Position numbers and translations under genes: made by a program. From positions 5,344 through 69,343 of the forward strand of contig JAPOXD010000053.1 of the NCBI GenBank assembly GCA_026707285.1: a stretch of 64,000 nt of DNA, given 5' to 3'. A model generated the notes under the pieces. It was not told the DNA's origin. It saw only the letters and a program-made list of their open reading frames with translations, and made no database searches. How positions within the stretch are numbered: the first letter of the stretch is position 1; the number at the start of each line of letters is the position of its first letter. Shown here piece by piece: positions 28,123 to 37,565 of this stretch. The stretch comes from Chloroflexota bacterium. Lineage in GTDB: Bacteria > Chloroflexota > UBA11872.

Positions 28123-29274
28123 CTAGCCGTCGCTTCCGCCTGAGTCGCGTCGGCGGCCTCTGCTCCTCTGAGCCTCCGCCCAACCCGACCGCTCGACGGC
28201 GGCGATCAGTTGGGCCAAAAGGTCCGGATTCACCGCGTAGCGCGTATTCCGACCTTTGCCCGATCGCACGGCGGCGCCACAGGACACCATGTGCGTCAGG
28301 TCCGCGTAGGCGGTGGATGGGGACGCGCCGATCAGGCGCGCGTACATGGAACTGGAGACGGAGCCCGTGTCGATGATGTACGTCAGGCCCAGCGTCTGCC
28401 GCTCGTTCAGACGTGTGCCGAACTCTTCCCGCCAGGCGTCCTGACGCCCGTTGAAGACCACGATGAAGTGTTCAAGCATCGTCGCGGCCGTGCTCAGAGC
28501 GTCGGTGTGAAATGCGGCGAATGGTGTCCCATCGACCTCCGACTGGAAGTCCAGGCCGTGCGTGTCGCGGAGTGCCTGGTAGTAGCTGTCGCGGTCGCGC
28601 CAGATCACCACATTCGGCACCAACATGCCCTCCGCCGACCAACCCGCCTGGTGCAGGATCATGTCGGCCAGGAGACGGGCCGTCCGACCGTTTCCCTCCT
28701 CGAACGGGTGGATCGAGACCAGTCCGGCGTGCGCCAGCGCCGCGATGATCGGCGGGGGATAGCTTTCCTCGGCCACCCATCGCTGGATGTGGGCTACGAG
28801 CTGGTCCATCAGGTCTGGGACCCAAGCCGGCGGGGGCGGGCGGTAGCGGATCTCGCGCGACTCCGCGTCCTCGATCAGGCTCGGTCCCGTGCGGTACTGC
28901 CCACGGCCCCCTGACATCTCCTCCGGCAAGCCCTCGAGGATCAGCGAGTTCATGGCGCGCAGCAGTCCCTGGTCGATCCGTGCCGTCGGGTCCGCCGCCA
29001 GCTGCTCCATCAGCGCATAGGCGCCCCACAGGTTCGTCAGCTCGCGCTCCTCGGGTCGGACCGGATCGCCCTCGCCCGCGAACAGGACGCGGGCCTCTTC
29101 ATAGCCGAGGGGGTTGCCCTCCACCTTCGCCGAGGCGAGCGTGCTCAGATAGCGCGCGCGCTCGCGGAAATAGGGCTCGTAGCCGCCAGGGACCAACGTG
29201 CGGACCTCGTAGAGTCGCCGAAACAGAGAATCCGTGTCGATATCGCCGACATCCGCGGCTAGTGAAAGTTCCAT
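28123..29274 (-). CDS. Fic family protein with C-terminal HTH
   Basis: HPFEEGNGRTARLL Fic motif, SAKVEGN, C-terminal winged-helix (STAYADL...GKGRNTRY). Confidence 0.9.
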   Translation of the reverse strand: MELSLAADVGDIDTDSLFRRLYEVRTLVPGGYEPYFRERARYLSTLASAKVEGNPLGYEEARVLFAGEGDPVRPEERELTNLWGAYALMEQLAADPTARIDQGLLRAMNSLILEGLPEEMSGGRGQYRTGPSLIEDAESREIRYRPPPPAWVPDLMDQLVAHIQRWVAEESYPPPIIAALAHAGLVSIHPFEEGNGRTARLLADMILHQAGWSAEGMLVPNVVIWRDRDSYYQALRDTHGLDFQSEVDGTPFAAFHTDALSTAATMLEHFIVVFNGRQDAWREEFGTRLNERQTLGLTYIIDTGSVSSSMYARLIGASPSTAYADLTHMVSCGAAVRSGKGRNTRYAVNPDLLAQLIAAVERSGWAEAQRSRGRRRDSGGSDG

Positions 29275-29678
29275 ACATGCACCAATACACCACTCCCTTC
29301 CGGCCAATGATGATTCGATAGCCACGGTCTGTCAAGGGAATAATCCATTGGTCCAATGCGATATTCCATTAGCGGAGTGCCCGATCTCGGACCGTCGGTA
29401 GCGGGGCGCCTACCGAATCCGCTGGCGCGCGTGGGTGAAGCCGGTCCGCGGGCTGGAGTCCGCGGGATTGGCGCACGCCTCGGCCACATGCTGGCGAGTG
29501 CGCACCGGGCGCGGCCATACTCAGTCGCACCGTCGGTTGCGGCGACAATCCGATTCGACTCCCGTTTGCGCGAGCGATTCCGCGCGGCATGCTGGTCTCC
29601 GGGCGCACTGGCACCCTGGCGGCGCGATGGCGGAGCTTGAATCGGTCGCCCGTTGACGCAAGCCCTGGCGGTGGCGCC

Positions 29679-31136
29679 ATGGAGCAGCGCTCGCCGCGAC
29701 TCGATCTAGCTCGCGCGGCGGTGCTGGCGCTGCTGGCGGGCTTGATCTATGTCCTCTCCTCGGGGGGCCACGCCTACAGCGTGGACGAGATCACCAACTA
29801 CGCTTCGGCCCGGGCGCTGGTTGAAACGGGCAGTCCCGACCTGTCCGGCGAGCAGCCGTTTCCCCGCGAGCAGCTGCTGACGCTGCGGCACCCGTCGACG
29901 GAGCGGACCACCGGCCGGTATGGCCTGCTGTCGTGGGCGGGAATGTCGCCCGCCTATCTCCTTGCGAGCTGGACCAACTCGCTGCCGCCGGCCCCGTCGC
30001 CGACGTTTCCCCAGCCGAGCGCGGTGCGGCCGGTGGCCGCGCTGCTCTACGGGCCGCCGATCGCCGCCCTGCTCGTGGGTGCAACGTTTCTGCTGGGGCG
30101 CAATCTCGGCTTGCGACCCCGCTATGCCGCCGTGGCGGCAATGCTGCTGGCGTTTGCCAGCCCCCTCTGGGTGTACGCCCAGGGACTCGCCAACATCCCG
30201 CTCGCCGCGCTGTTCAGCGTGTTGGCGTTTGTGGCGGTCACCGGCTCGCGCTCAGGAGCCGGAGTCTGGGCCGTTGCCGGCGGCCTCACCGGACTTGCCG
30301 CGCTGACGCGGCCGGAGTTCGTGGTTCTCGCGCCGGCGGTCGGTGTCTTGGGCCTGTTGAGCGAGGGGCGCCTGTCGCGGGTCGGTCTGACCCGCGGGCT
30401 GGCGTTTGCCGCGGCGTGGGCCGTCGTGGCCATCCCGGGCATCGGCCTCTGGAACCTCTACCGAACCGGCGACTTCTTTGATGTCGGCTATCGGACGGCG
30501 TCGATCCTCTGGCAAACGGACCGCGCGTATATCGGCATGTTCGGCGTGCTGGCCAGTCCCAGCTTTGGGCTGCTCGTTTTCATGCCCGTCGCCGCCGTGG
30601 GGCTGTGGGGGATCCTCGGCGCGACGTCACGCCGGCCGGTCTGGCTGGTTATGTTGGCGCTGACCCTGCTGGCGGTCGTCGGCTATGGGTCATTCGACGA
30701 CTGGTTCGGCGGCGTCTCCTGGGGACCTCGATACCTCACCACCGTCACGCCATTCCTGGCGCTCGGCGTGGGACTGGCGATGCAGTCGGCGTCGGCGACC
30801 CTGGGCATGCGCCTGGCGACGCTTGGCCTCGCGGCGTGGTCGACCGGCCTGTCGGTGCTGGGCGTGCTGTTCGACTACCAGTCGGGCTGGCGCAATCTCT
30901 GGGACCACGGGGCGCGCCCGGAGCAGATCGAGTGGAATCCGCACTTCTCACTCATCGGCGCCCACCTGCGGCTGGCCCGCCAGTGGGTCGATGGTCTGAT
31001 CGGGCCGGATCTCTTCGTGGTGCACCGGCTGGGGCCGTGGACAATGGCGGTGCTGGCGGCGGGATTGCTGGTGGTTCTCGGCCTCGCCTGGGCGATCGAG
31101 ACCCGCGGCGCCGGCTGGCGCCGCCGCAGCGGCTGA
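29679..31136 (+). CDS. Polytopic membrane protein, GT-C/PMT-like glycosyltransferase
   Basis: SVDE acidic motif in the first external loop, many TM helices, WFGGVSWGPRYL. Confidence 0.65.
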   Translation: MEQRSPRLDLARAAVLALLAGLIYVLSSGGHAYSVDEITNYASARALVETGSPDLSGEQPFPREQLLTLRHPSTERTTGRYGLLSWAGMSPAYLLASWTNSLPPAPSPTFPQPSAVRPVAALLYGPPIAALLVGATFLLGRNLGLRPRYAAVAAMLLAFASPLWVYAQGLANIPLAALFSVLAFVAVTGSRSGAGVWAVAGGLTGLAALTRPEFVVLAPAVGVLGLLSEGRLSRVGLTRGLAFAAAWAVVAIPGIGLWNLYRTGDFFDVGYRTASILWQTDRAYIGMFGVLASPSFGLLVFMPVAAVGLWGILGATSRRPVWLVMLALTLLAVVGYGSFDDWFGGVSWGPRYLTTVTPFLALGVGLAMQSASATLGMRLATLGLAAWSTGLSVLGVLFDYQSGWRNLWDHGARPEQIEWNPHFSLIGAHLRLARQWVDGLIGPDLFVVHRLGPWTMAVLAAGLLVVLGLAWAIETRGAGWRRRSG

Positions 31137-31170
31137 ACGACGTGGAGTTCGGGCCGCGCCACGGGGTTGT

Positions 31171-32601
31171 TCACTCCGGCGGCTGGCGCCCCATTCGGCG
31201 TGCCGCGAACAGCCCGAAACCAGGCGGCCCTGGTCGGACGCTCTCCACGAGGACGAGTGGGATCAGCGCGATCGCCGTCAGCGCGACGGCCGCGTCCGCC
31301 ACCAGCAGCCACCAGCGTGGATCGGTGGTGAGGAGCCGCCCGATCGCGGCCAGCTTGCTGAGCGTGGCCTCGGGCGTGCTGTAGGCAACAAACTCCAGGT
31401 TTTGATCCGGCCAGGCCAACTCGCCGTTGATCCAGAGCCGACCGTCCTCGTAGCGGTTGCCATTGGTCAGGCCAACGCCAAGCTCCGCGCCGGGCGCGAC
31501 ATCGGCCGCGACTTGGGCGGCCAGCGGCTGGCCCTCAGCGGCGGTGAGCGGCGGTTGGAGCTCAATCATCTTCCAGCGCGGACAGTCGCCCACCGGGACC
31601 TCGATCGACCCTTCGGCCAGCGTCCGGTCGAGCGTGTCAAGGGGTGCGACGCGCACCGTGATCGCTCCCCCGTGACCGTCCCACTCGCAATTGAAGAGGA
31701 GGAGCTCGAGGCTCTGCACGGGCGTGGCCGGCATGCGGAACTCCTGGACCAGGGCTTCCTGGCGGCCGAGGGTCACCTCGAAGGCGCCGGAACGCGTATA
31801 GGGGGCCGGCGCCTCGATCAGCGGCGCACGGAAGAGGAACGCGAGCGCAAGGCTTCCGAGAATGGCCAGCGCCGCGATCGATCCGACGAGCGACCGACGC
31901 CAGCGGCCGCCGAAGAGGGGATACGGCGGCGGGCGACCATTGCGCAGCACGCCGACCGCGCTGAGTCCGATCAGCAGGGTCCCGCTGAACTCCGCAGTTT
32001 CTTCGAGCACGTATCCCAGCGCCACCGCGCCACCGGTGGGCATCCAGCGCCCGATCGCCTCCTGCACCAGCACAAACACCCAGCAGGCGATGCCAAGCGT
32101 CAGCGGCGCGCGGGCCGCCCGCACGCTCAGACCCTTGCGGACAAAGAACCACATCGCCAGCACGAACACGGCGACCAGCGGACTCACCAGCACGGGCCAC
32201 GGCAGGCCGGTGCGTCCGGCCTGATCGAAGAGGGAGATTGGTCCACGGTCCTTGAACTCGGCCAACTCCTCGAAGGTCAAGGCCGCGGCCGTCAGGGTCA
32301 GTGCGGCCCATCCGGCGACCGCAATCCAGCCGGCCGAGCGGCGGAAGCTGACGGCAGCGGCGGCGAGCGCAAGCGCCGTCACGCAAGCCAATCCGGCGGC
32401 CGACACGGAGTTGGCAATCGTGCCTTCGTTGTCGGCGTCCAGCCGGCCCAGGGTGGGGTCCCAGGGCGGAAGCAGCTCCGGGAATGCCAGGCTGAAGAGA
32501 TGCGTGGCGGCATATCCGCCCCACCAGAAGGCCACCACGCCCAACAGCAGCACACGTGCCGTCCACTCCAACACGCGCCGGACGGCGATTCCCGTCATCA
32601 A
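31171..32601 (-). CDS. Multi-pass membrane protein with extracellular beta domain (paralog of 45138-46589)
   Basis: EGTIANS, FEELAE, EETAEF; QEALVQEFRMP and GRLWINGxLAWPDQ shared with 45138-46589. Confidence 0.7.
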   Translation of the reverse strand: MMTGIAVRRVLEWTARVLLLGVVAFWWGGYAATHLFSLAFPELLPPWDPTLGRLDADNEGTIANSVSAAGLACVTALALAAAAVSFRRSAGWIAVAGWAALTLTAAALTFEELAEFKDRGPISLFDQAGRTGLPWPVLVSPLVAVFVLAMWFFVRKGLSVRAARAPLTLGIACWVFVLVQEAIGRWMPTGGAVALGYVLEETAEFSGTLLIGLSAVGVLRNGRPPPYPLFGGRWRRSLVGSIAALAILGSLALAFLFRAPLIEAPAPYTRSGAFEVTLGRQEALVQEFRMPATPVQSLELLLFNCEWDGHGGAITVRVAPLDTLDRTLAEGSIEVPVGDCPRWKMIELQPPLTAAEGQPLAAQVAADVAPGAELGVGLTNGNRYEDGRLWINGELAWPDQNLEFVAYSTPEATLSKLAAIGRLLTTDPRWWLLVADAAVALTAIALIPLVLVESVRPGPPGFGLFAARRMGRQPPE

Positions 32602-32783
32602 GCGATGGGGCGGAGCGTGTCAGGGCGCATGGGCGAGGGCTGAGTGCTCAAGCGAATGCAGTGGACCTTTGAGGCTACAGCGGCCGGCCGCACGTCGCAT
32701 CGAAACCGGCGCTCCCGTCGCCGGTACGCGTTTTCGACACCGGCAAGCATCGAGCCCGGTGCCCGGTCCAGCGGGTGTCTCGC

Positions 32784-34238
32784 CTACTGGAACCGGTCCG
32801 GCGCGCGCGTGAAGTTGATCTGGGGTCCGGCGGCGCGGACGGCGGCCTCGCCGCCGCTGCGCTCCACCAGTCGGCGCTGGTCCGCCTTGGCCTCGGCCTC
32901 GACTGCCTCGGGATCGACGATCGTGCGCAGTTGCGCCTCGAAGCGCTGCAGCTCGGCGGCGAATGAGGGATCGCCCGCCAGGTCCTGACGCTCCTCCGGG
33001 TCGTTCGCCAGGTCGAAGAGTTGCGGCGGAAAGCCGTGGTAGTGCACGTATTTCCAGCGCTCGTCGCGCAGCATGAACGCGCCCGACACCGAGCCGCTGG
33101 CGTGGTATTCGGCGAACGTCGTGCGCGACGCCGGTCCCTCGCCCCGCGCGAGCGGCCACAGCGACATGCCGGGCAGGTCCGCGTCGGCGGCCTCGAGCGG
33201 CACGCCCACCCCCTCGCAAATGGTCGGAAAGGCGTCCACCAGCGAGACGCTCACGTCGCGCACCGCGCCAATCGGCACGTCGGGTCCGGCCAGGATCAGC
33301 GGCGCGGCCACGGCGCTGTCGTACATCACGCTCTTGCCCCAGAGCCCGTAGTCGCCCAGCGTCTCGCCGTGGTCGCTGGTGTAGATCACGCGGGTGCTGT
33401 CGGCCAGGCCGCACGCCTCCAGCGCGTCCAGCACACGCCCGATCTGCCGGTCCAGATAGGTGCACATGCCCAGGTAGGCGGCGATGGCGCGGCGCGTGGG
33501 CTCCTCGCCCGGGAAGTCGTCGGGCGTGAATATCCGCGCCTCGCGGAACGCCGACACGTGCGGATGATCCGGCCACTCGTCGGGCTGCCACTGGATCGGC
33601 AGCGGCACGTCGTGCAGCGGGTAGCGCGCGAAGTCGGACGGCGGCGCGATCAGCGGAAAGTGCGGCAGCGTGAAGGAGACGAAGAGGCACCAGGGCTCCA
33701 GGTGCCGTCCAGACTCGTCCCGGAGCCAGGCGCAGGCCTCGTCGGCGATGGCGGCGTCGAAGCGCAGGTATTCCGAATCGCCCGGCCCCGCCGCGTGAAC
33801 GTTCTCGAGCTGGCGGCGCGCGCGCGGCATGTTCCAGCGAATCGAGCCGAACGCGTCGCCGCGCTCGAACATCACGTGCATGGGAAGGCGCTGGTCCGGC
33901 AGTCCGATGTCGTCGCGCGTGTTGCGGTAGTGCAGCTTGCCGATCGAGGTGACCTGGCGGCCGTGGGCGCCCAGCCGGTGGCCCCAGCTTGGCGCCGCCT
34001 CGCCGGTGTAGGGCATGGCGTTGTCCCAGGCGCCGATCTCGTGGCCGTAGCGCCCGGTGAGGAAGCTCGCCCGCGAGGGCACGCAGATGGGGATGTTGCA
34101 CGCGGCGTTGGTGAAGCGCGTACCGCGGGCCGCCAGCACGTCGAGGTGCGGCGTCTGGACCAGCGGATGCCCGGCGCAGCCGAGCACGCGGGCGTTGTGC
34201 TCGTCCGACATGATGACGAGCAGGTTTTGGGGTTGCAT
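32784..34238 (-). CDS. Sulfatase (choline-sulfatase-like)
   Basis: SDEH, CVPSRAS formylglycine motif, GKLH, SDHGE, LFDLANDPEE. Confidence 0.92.
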   Translation of the reverse strand: MQPQNLLVIMSDEHNARVLGCAGHPLVQTPHLDVLAARGTRFTNAACNIPICVPSRASFLTGRYGHEIGAWDNAMPYTGEAAPSWGHRLGAHGRQVTSIGKLHYRNTRDDIGLPDQRLPMHVMFERGDAFGSIRWNMPRARRQLENVHAAGPGDSEYLRFDAAIADEACAWLRDESGRHLEPWCLFVSFTLPHFPLIAPPSDFARYPLHDVPLPIQWQPDEWPDHPHVSAFREARIFTPDDFPGEEPTRRAIAAYLGMCTYLDRQIGRVLDALEACGLADSTRVIYTSDHGETLGDYGLWGKSVMYDSAVAAPLILAGPDVPIGAVRDVSVSLVDAFPTICEGVGVPLEAADADLPGMSLWPLARGEGPASRTTFAEYHASGSVSGAFMLRDERWKYVHYHGFPPQLFDLANDPEERQDLAGDPSFAAELQRFEAQLRTIVDPEAVEAEAKADQRRLVERSGGEAAVRAAGPQINFTRAPDRFQ

Positions 34239-34261
34239 TGTTGATCTCCGGCGCGGCATCG

Positions 34262-34660
34262 CTACGACAGGTCGACCAGCGAGACCGCAACGTCCGTCGC
34301 GGAACGCAGGATCTCTCGGTCAGCGGTCACCAGAGGCACATCTAGTTGGCGTGCCAAGACCACGAATTCGGCGTCATAGGCGCTCAGTCCACAGGCCAGC
34401 GCGGTGTCCAAGACGTCAGTGCTCGGAACCGTGAACACACGATCCCCCAGCACCTCCACCGCGTCCGCGCACATCACCTCAGCATGCTCCGGCGACAGCG
34501 CGTCCCGTCGCACGAAGCCCACCAGCGCGTTGCGCAGCTCGCTGAGCAGGATTCCGGGTGCCGCCCACAGGGGATCCCGCTCCAGGAGCTGCGTTGCGTC
34601 AGGCCCGCTCGGGCCGCCGATGAGCAGGTAGACCATGATGTTCGTGTCGACCACGATCAC
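34262..34660 (-). CDS. vapC: VapC/PIN-domain toxin
   Basis: IVVDTN, LSAYDAEFVVLA, LVTAD. Confidence 0.9.
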   Translation of the reverse strand: MIVVDTNIMVYLLIGGPSGPDATQLLERDPLWAAPGILLSELRNALVGFVRRDALSPEHAEVMCADAVEVLGDRVFTVPSTDVLDTALACGLSAYDAEFVVLARQLDVPLVTADREILRSATDVAVSLVDLS

Positions 34661-34899
34661 AGGCGACCGGCGTTTCGCAACTCCCGCAGTGTCGCCTCGC
34701 TGAGGTCGATCGGGCCCAGAGTCTCGCGGCGCTGTCGAATCCGCGCCAGCAGTGCCGTGACGTCTGCGGTACCGGGTCGAACGGAAGCCGTAAGGCGCGC
34801 CAGGATCTCGCCGTTCAGGCTGCGATGGTTGCGCGCTGCCGCCGCCTTCAGTTCGCGGTGCAGGTCGTCAGGAATTCCTCGCAGCGCAATCTGCCGCAT
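34657..34899 (-). CDS. Ribbon-helix-helix (Arc/FitA-like) antitoxin
   Basis: IALRGIPDDLHRELKAAAARNHRSLNGEI; overlaps the toxin start. Confidence 0.85.
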   Translation of the reverse strand: MRQIALRGIPDDLHRELKAAAARNHRSLNGEILARLTASVRPGTADVTALLARIRQRRETLGPIDLSEATLRELRNAGRL

Positions 34900-34914
34900 G
34901 GTGTCTCTCCAATA

Positions 34915-34935
34915 GTGATATCAAGACGATAGCAC
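34915..34935. promoter_or_regulatory. Putative TA autoregulatory operator
   Basis: GTGATATC-N5-GATAGCAC imperfect inverted repeat just upstream of the antitoxin. Confidence 0.5.
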
Positions 34936-35053
34936 ACCAACATCCACGAGGTCCTTGCCAAGATTCCCATGAGAATCCCCACGCTGCACGCAGACCGGGC
35001 CACCGAACTCCGTCTGATGCCGCCGCGCAATGCCTTGTCGCTTTGTACTCGAC

Positions 35054-35082
35054 TTGCATACGTTACTAAAGTTACGTAGAGT
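35054..35082 (+). promoter_or_regulatory. Putative promoter of the capsid-tail-lysis module with the same operator as the portal promoter
   Basis: TTGCAT-17bp-TAGAGT with GTTACTAAAGTTAC (35062-35075) in the spacer. Confidence 0.65.
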
Positions 35083-35453
35083 TCCCTATGTAAGCACGCA
35101 CGCGGATGCGCCCGGCGCTCCGGACCCGGAGCCGCGCGAGTGGGTCCCGTGGGTGTGCGCCGCGGTCGGCGCCCGGTGTGGCCGGGCCGGCCCGCAGGCG
35201 GCGGACGCGCCTCGCAAGGCGGATGGACGCCCGTGTGGACCGGCGCCGGCGCTCCGGCGTCCCGATCGACGGGCGCCGCACGCTTCCGCGCGGCTGGAAG
35301 GCGGCGGTCCGGCGGCATCACCGGCAGGAGTCCGGCCCGGTGTCCCGGCCGCCGCCTTTGGGACGCCCTTTACCCAGGGGGTCGTCTCCCGGATCCGCGC
35401 GGCGAGCCTTCATTGCTCCCCCGACGCCCGTTTGGGGCGTGAAAGGAGAGTCC

Positions 35454-36308
35454 ATGGCGATTACGACGGGCGCCTCGATCGGAGACGTCGTCGACACGGT
35501 GATCGCTGAAGCGCGCCGGACCCAGTTGCACCGCACGGTCATGGAGCCGCTGGTGCGCACCTACCGCGTGAGTCGCGGTGCCGGCGACACGCTGGAGATT
35601 CCCAAGTTCGGCACGGTCACGGCCGGCGCCCTCACCGAGGGCGTGGATATGACTAACCCGCAGACGCTGGCGACCACCAAGGTCACGATCACGCCGGCCG
35701 AGGTTGGCGCGCAGATCGTGATCACGGACCGGGCGCTGCGCACCGCCCGCGAGGACATGGCGCGCGCCGCCGGCCGCGTGCTCGGCGACGCGGTGGCCAA
35801 GAAGCTGGACGCCGACTTGCTGGGGCTGCTCGACGGCTTCGGCACCTCGCTGGGCGCGGCCGGAGAGTCCATCTCCATGGGTCACTTGCGCGCGGCGGTG
35901 TCGCGGCTGCACGCGGCCGCCGAGCCGGCGCCCATGCCCTACTCCGCGGTGCTGCATCCCTACCAGGCGCATGACCTGGCGGCGGACCTTGCGCCCGTCG
36001 GCACCTATCCGGTGCCCAGCGGCATCTCGCAGACGGTGCTCGAGAACCACTGGGTCGGTCGCGCCTTCGGGGTCGACCTCTTCCAGGCCGGCAACCTGCC
36101 GGTGGATGGCGAAGACGATGCCAAGGGCGGTGTGTTTTCGCGCGAGGCGCTGGTCCTGGTGATCTTCAAGGACTGGGCCGTGGAGCGCGAGCGCGACGCC
36201 TCGCTGCGGGCCTGGGAGCTCAACGTCGTGGCCGACTACGGCTACGCCGAGTACCAGGACGCCTGGGGCGTGGAGATGTACTTCGACGCCGCGGCGCCCA
36301 GCAGCTAG
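35454..36308 (+). CDS. Major capsid protein (HK97-fold, P22/N4-gp56-like family)
   Basis: GDTLEIPKFG, LTEGVD, VTITPAEVG, AKKLDADLL, AVLHPYQAHDL, VERERDASLRAWE; AAAGGAG RBS before ATG 35454. Confidence 0.88.
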   Translation: MAITTGASIGDVVDTVIAEARRTQLHRTVMEPLVRTYRVSRGAGDTLEIPKFGTVTAGALTEGVDMTNPQTLATTKVTITPAEVGAQIVITDRALRTAREDMARAAGRVLGDAVAKKLDADLLGLLDGFGTSLGAAGESISMGHLRAAVSRLHAAAEPAPMPYSAVLHPYQAHDLAADLAPVGTYPVPSGISQTVLENHWVGRAFGVDLFQAGNLPVDGEDDAKGGVFSREALVLVIFKDWAVERERDASLRAWELNVVADYGYAEYQDAWGVEMYFDAAAPSS

Positions 36309-36360
36309 GCCGCGGGAGCCCCGGCCGAGATCGCATGCAACGACTTCGGCGCGGCGCGGC

Positions 36361-36468
36361 GCAGGGGCGGTTCACGAACCGCCCCTGCCTCCTGGTAGGG
36401 CCGCCCCTCGTGGGCGCCCGTGGCTGGGGCACGGGGCACACGCGGGCGGCCACAAGGTCCGCCCCTAC
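36361..36468. repeat. GTAG-family REP elements after the capsid gene (possible mRNA stabiliser/attenuator)
   Basis: Hairpin GCAGGGGCGGTTC-AC-GAACCGCCCCTGC plus inverted pair GTAGGG...CCCCTAC. Confidence 0.75.
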
Positions 36469-36517
36469 GGGAGTGACGACCGGCGCTGCCTGGCGCCGGC
36501 GAAGAAGGGACGTGTGA

Positions 36518-36745
36518 ATGTCTGGTCCGATCATCTGGATTCCGCGGGAGCGCCGGGCGCGGCTGGTGCACCGGTTTCGCGGCGCGACGCCGCATTCGCC
36601 GGTGGTGGTGGTGACCCCCGACGCGAGCGAGGCTGCCGACGCGGCGGCGGCGGCGCTCGAACGCCAGCGCCGGCGTTTGGCCGACCGCGGCAGCGCCTTC
36701 AGCGAGCGCCTCGACGCCCAGCGGCCCCAATGGCGCGACGCTTGA
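36518..36745 (+). CDS. Small hypothetical protein in the virion module
   Basis: ATG after GAAGGGA; fills the gap between capsid and adaptor genes. Confidence 0.45.
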   Translation: MSGPIIWIPRERRARLVHRFRGATPHSPVVVVTPDASEAADAAAAALERQRRRLADRGSAFSERLDAQRPQWRDA

Positions 36746-36752
36746 TGGGTGG

Positions 36753-37565
36753 GTGGTCGTGAGCGTCACGCGAGCGGCGCTGCGGCAGGCCGTGGCCGCG
36801 CGGATGATGCGCACGGTGGTCGGCGTGGCCAGCGGCGGGTCCACCGTGGCGCTGGCCGACCCGGACCGGCTCCAAGACGCCGGCGCGTCGGACGACGCGT
36901 GGACCGGCGCCTGGCTGCACATCACCGCGGGGGCCAATGCGGGCGAGGTCCGGCGCGTGACGGTCTACGACCCGGCGTCGGGGTCGGTCACGGTCAATCG
37001 GCCCTTTGCACAGCCCATCGACGGGACGTCGGCCTACGAGCTGCTGCGCCTGCTCTCGCCGGCGGAGCTGCATCAGGCCATTGACGACACGCTGACGCGC
37101 TGCTGGCGCCGAACGCTGGCCGACCTGACGTCGGTCGCCGACGCTCAGCGGCAGTTCCCGCTGCCGGCCTGGGTCACTCGACGCCAGCAGGTCGTCGAGG
37201 TTTGGGAGCGTCGCGGCGAGCACCTGCGCGCGGTGGATTGGTGGCGGCTCAGGCGACGTCCGGTTGCCAGCCCTTCGCCGTTCTGGTTGGAGGTTGGGCA
37301 CGCGCCGGGCGGGGCGTTGGTGGTCGAGGCGCTGCGTCCCTACGAGGCTCTGGCCAACGACCAGGGCATCACCGACGCCCCGGCTGACTGGGTAGTGGCG
37401 GGGGCGCTGGCGCACGCCTATCGGCGCCTGCGCCGGGACGCGCCGGCGGCGGATGTGGACCGATATGCCGCGCTGCAGTGGGAAGCCGCGCACGAGTTTC
37501 AGCGGCTCTCCCGGCTCTACCAGCCCCGAGCCGTGCGGCGGGTGCAGCTCGGGGAGCGGCTGTAG
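36753..37565 (+). CDS. Putative head-tail adaptor protein
   Basis: TRAALRQAVA N-terminal helix, ELHQAIDDTL, position after the capsid gene. Confidence 0.6.
   Translation: MVVSVTRAALRQAVAARMMRTVVGVASGGSTVALADPDRLQDAGASDDAWTGAWLHITAGANAGEVRRVTVYDPASGSVTVNRPFAQPIDGTSAYELLRLLSPAELHQAIDDTLTRCWRRTLADLTSVADAQRQFPLPAWVTRRQQVVEVWERRGEHLRAVDWWRLRRRPVASPSPFWLEVGHAPGGALVVEALRPYEALANDQGITDAPADWVVAGALAHAYRRLRRDAPAADVDRYAALQWEAAHEFQRLSRLYQPRAVRRVQLGERL

Noticed and set aside
35106-35453. 116-aa N-terminal extension of the capsid protein (ORF-track start)
   Set aside because: Arg/Pro-rich low-complexity translation, and a strong AAAGGAG RBS precedes ATG 35454.
35454-36308. Encapsulin nanocompartment
   Set aside because: It is followed by adaptor, tail, fibre and lysis genes and shares a promoter motif with portal/terminase; no cargo enzyme is adjacent.
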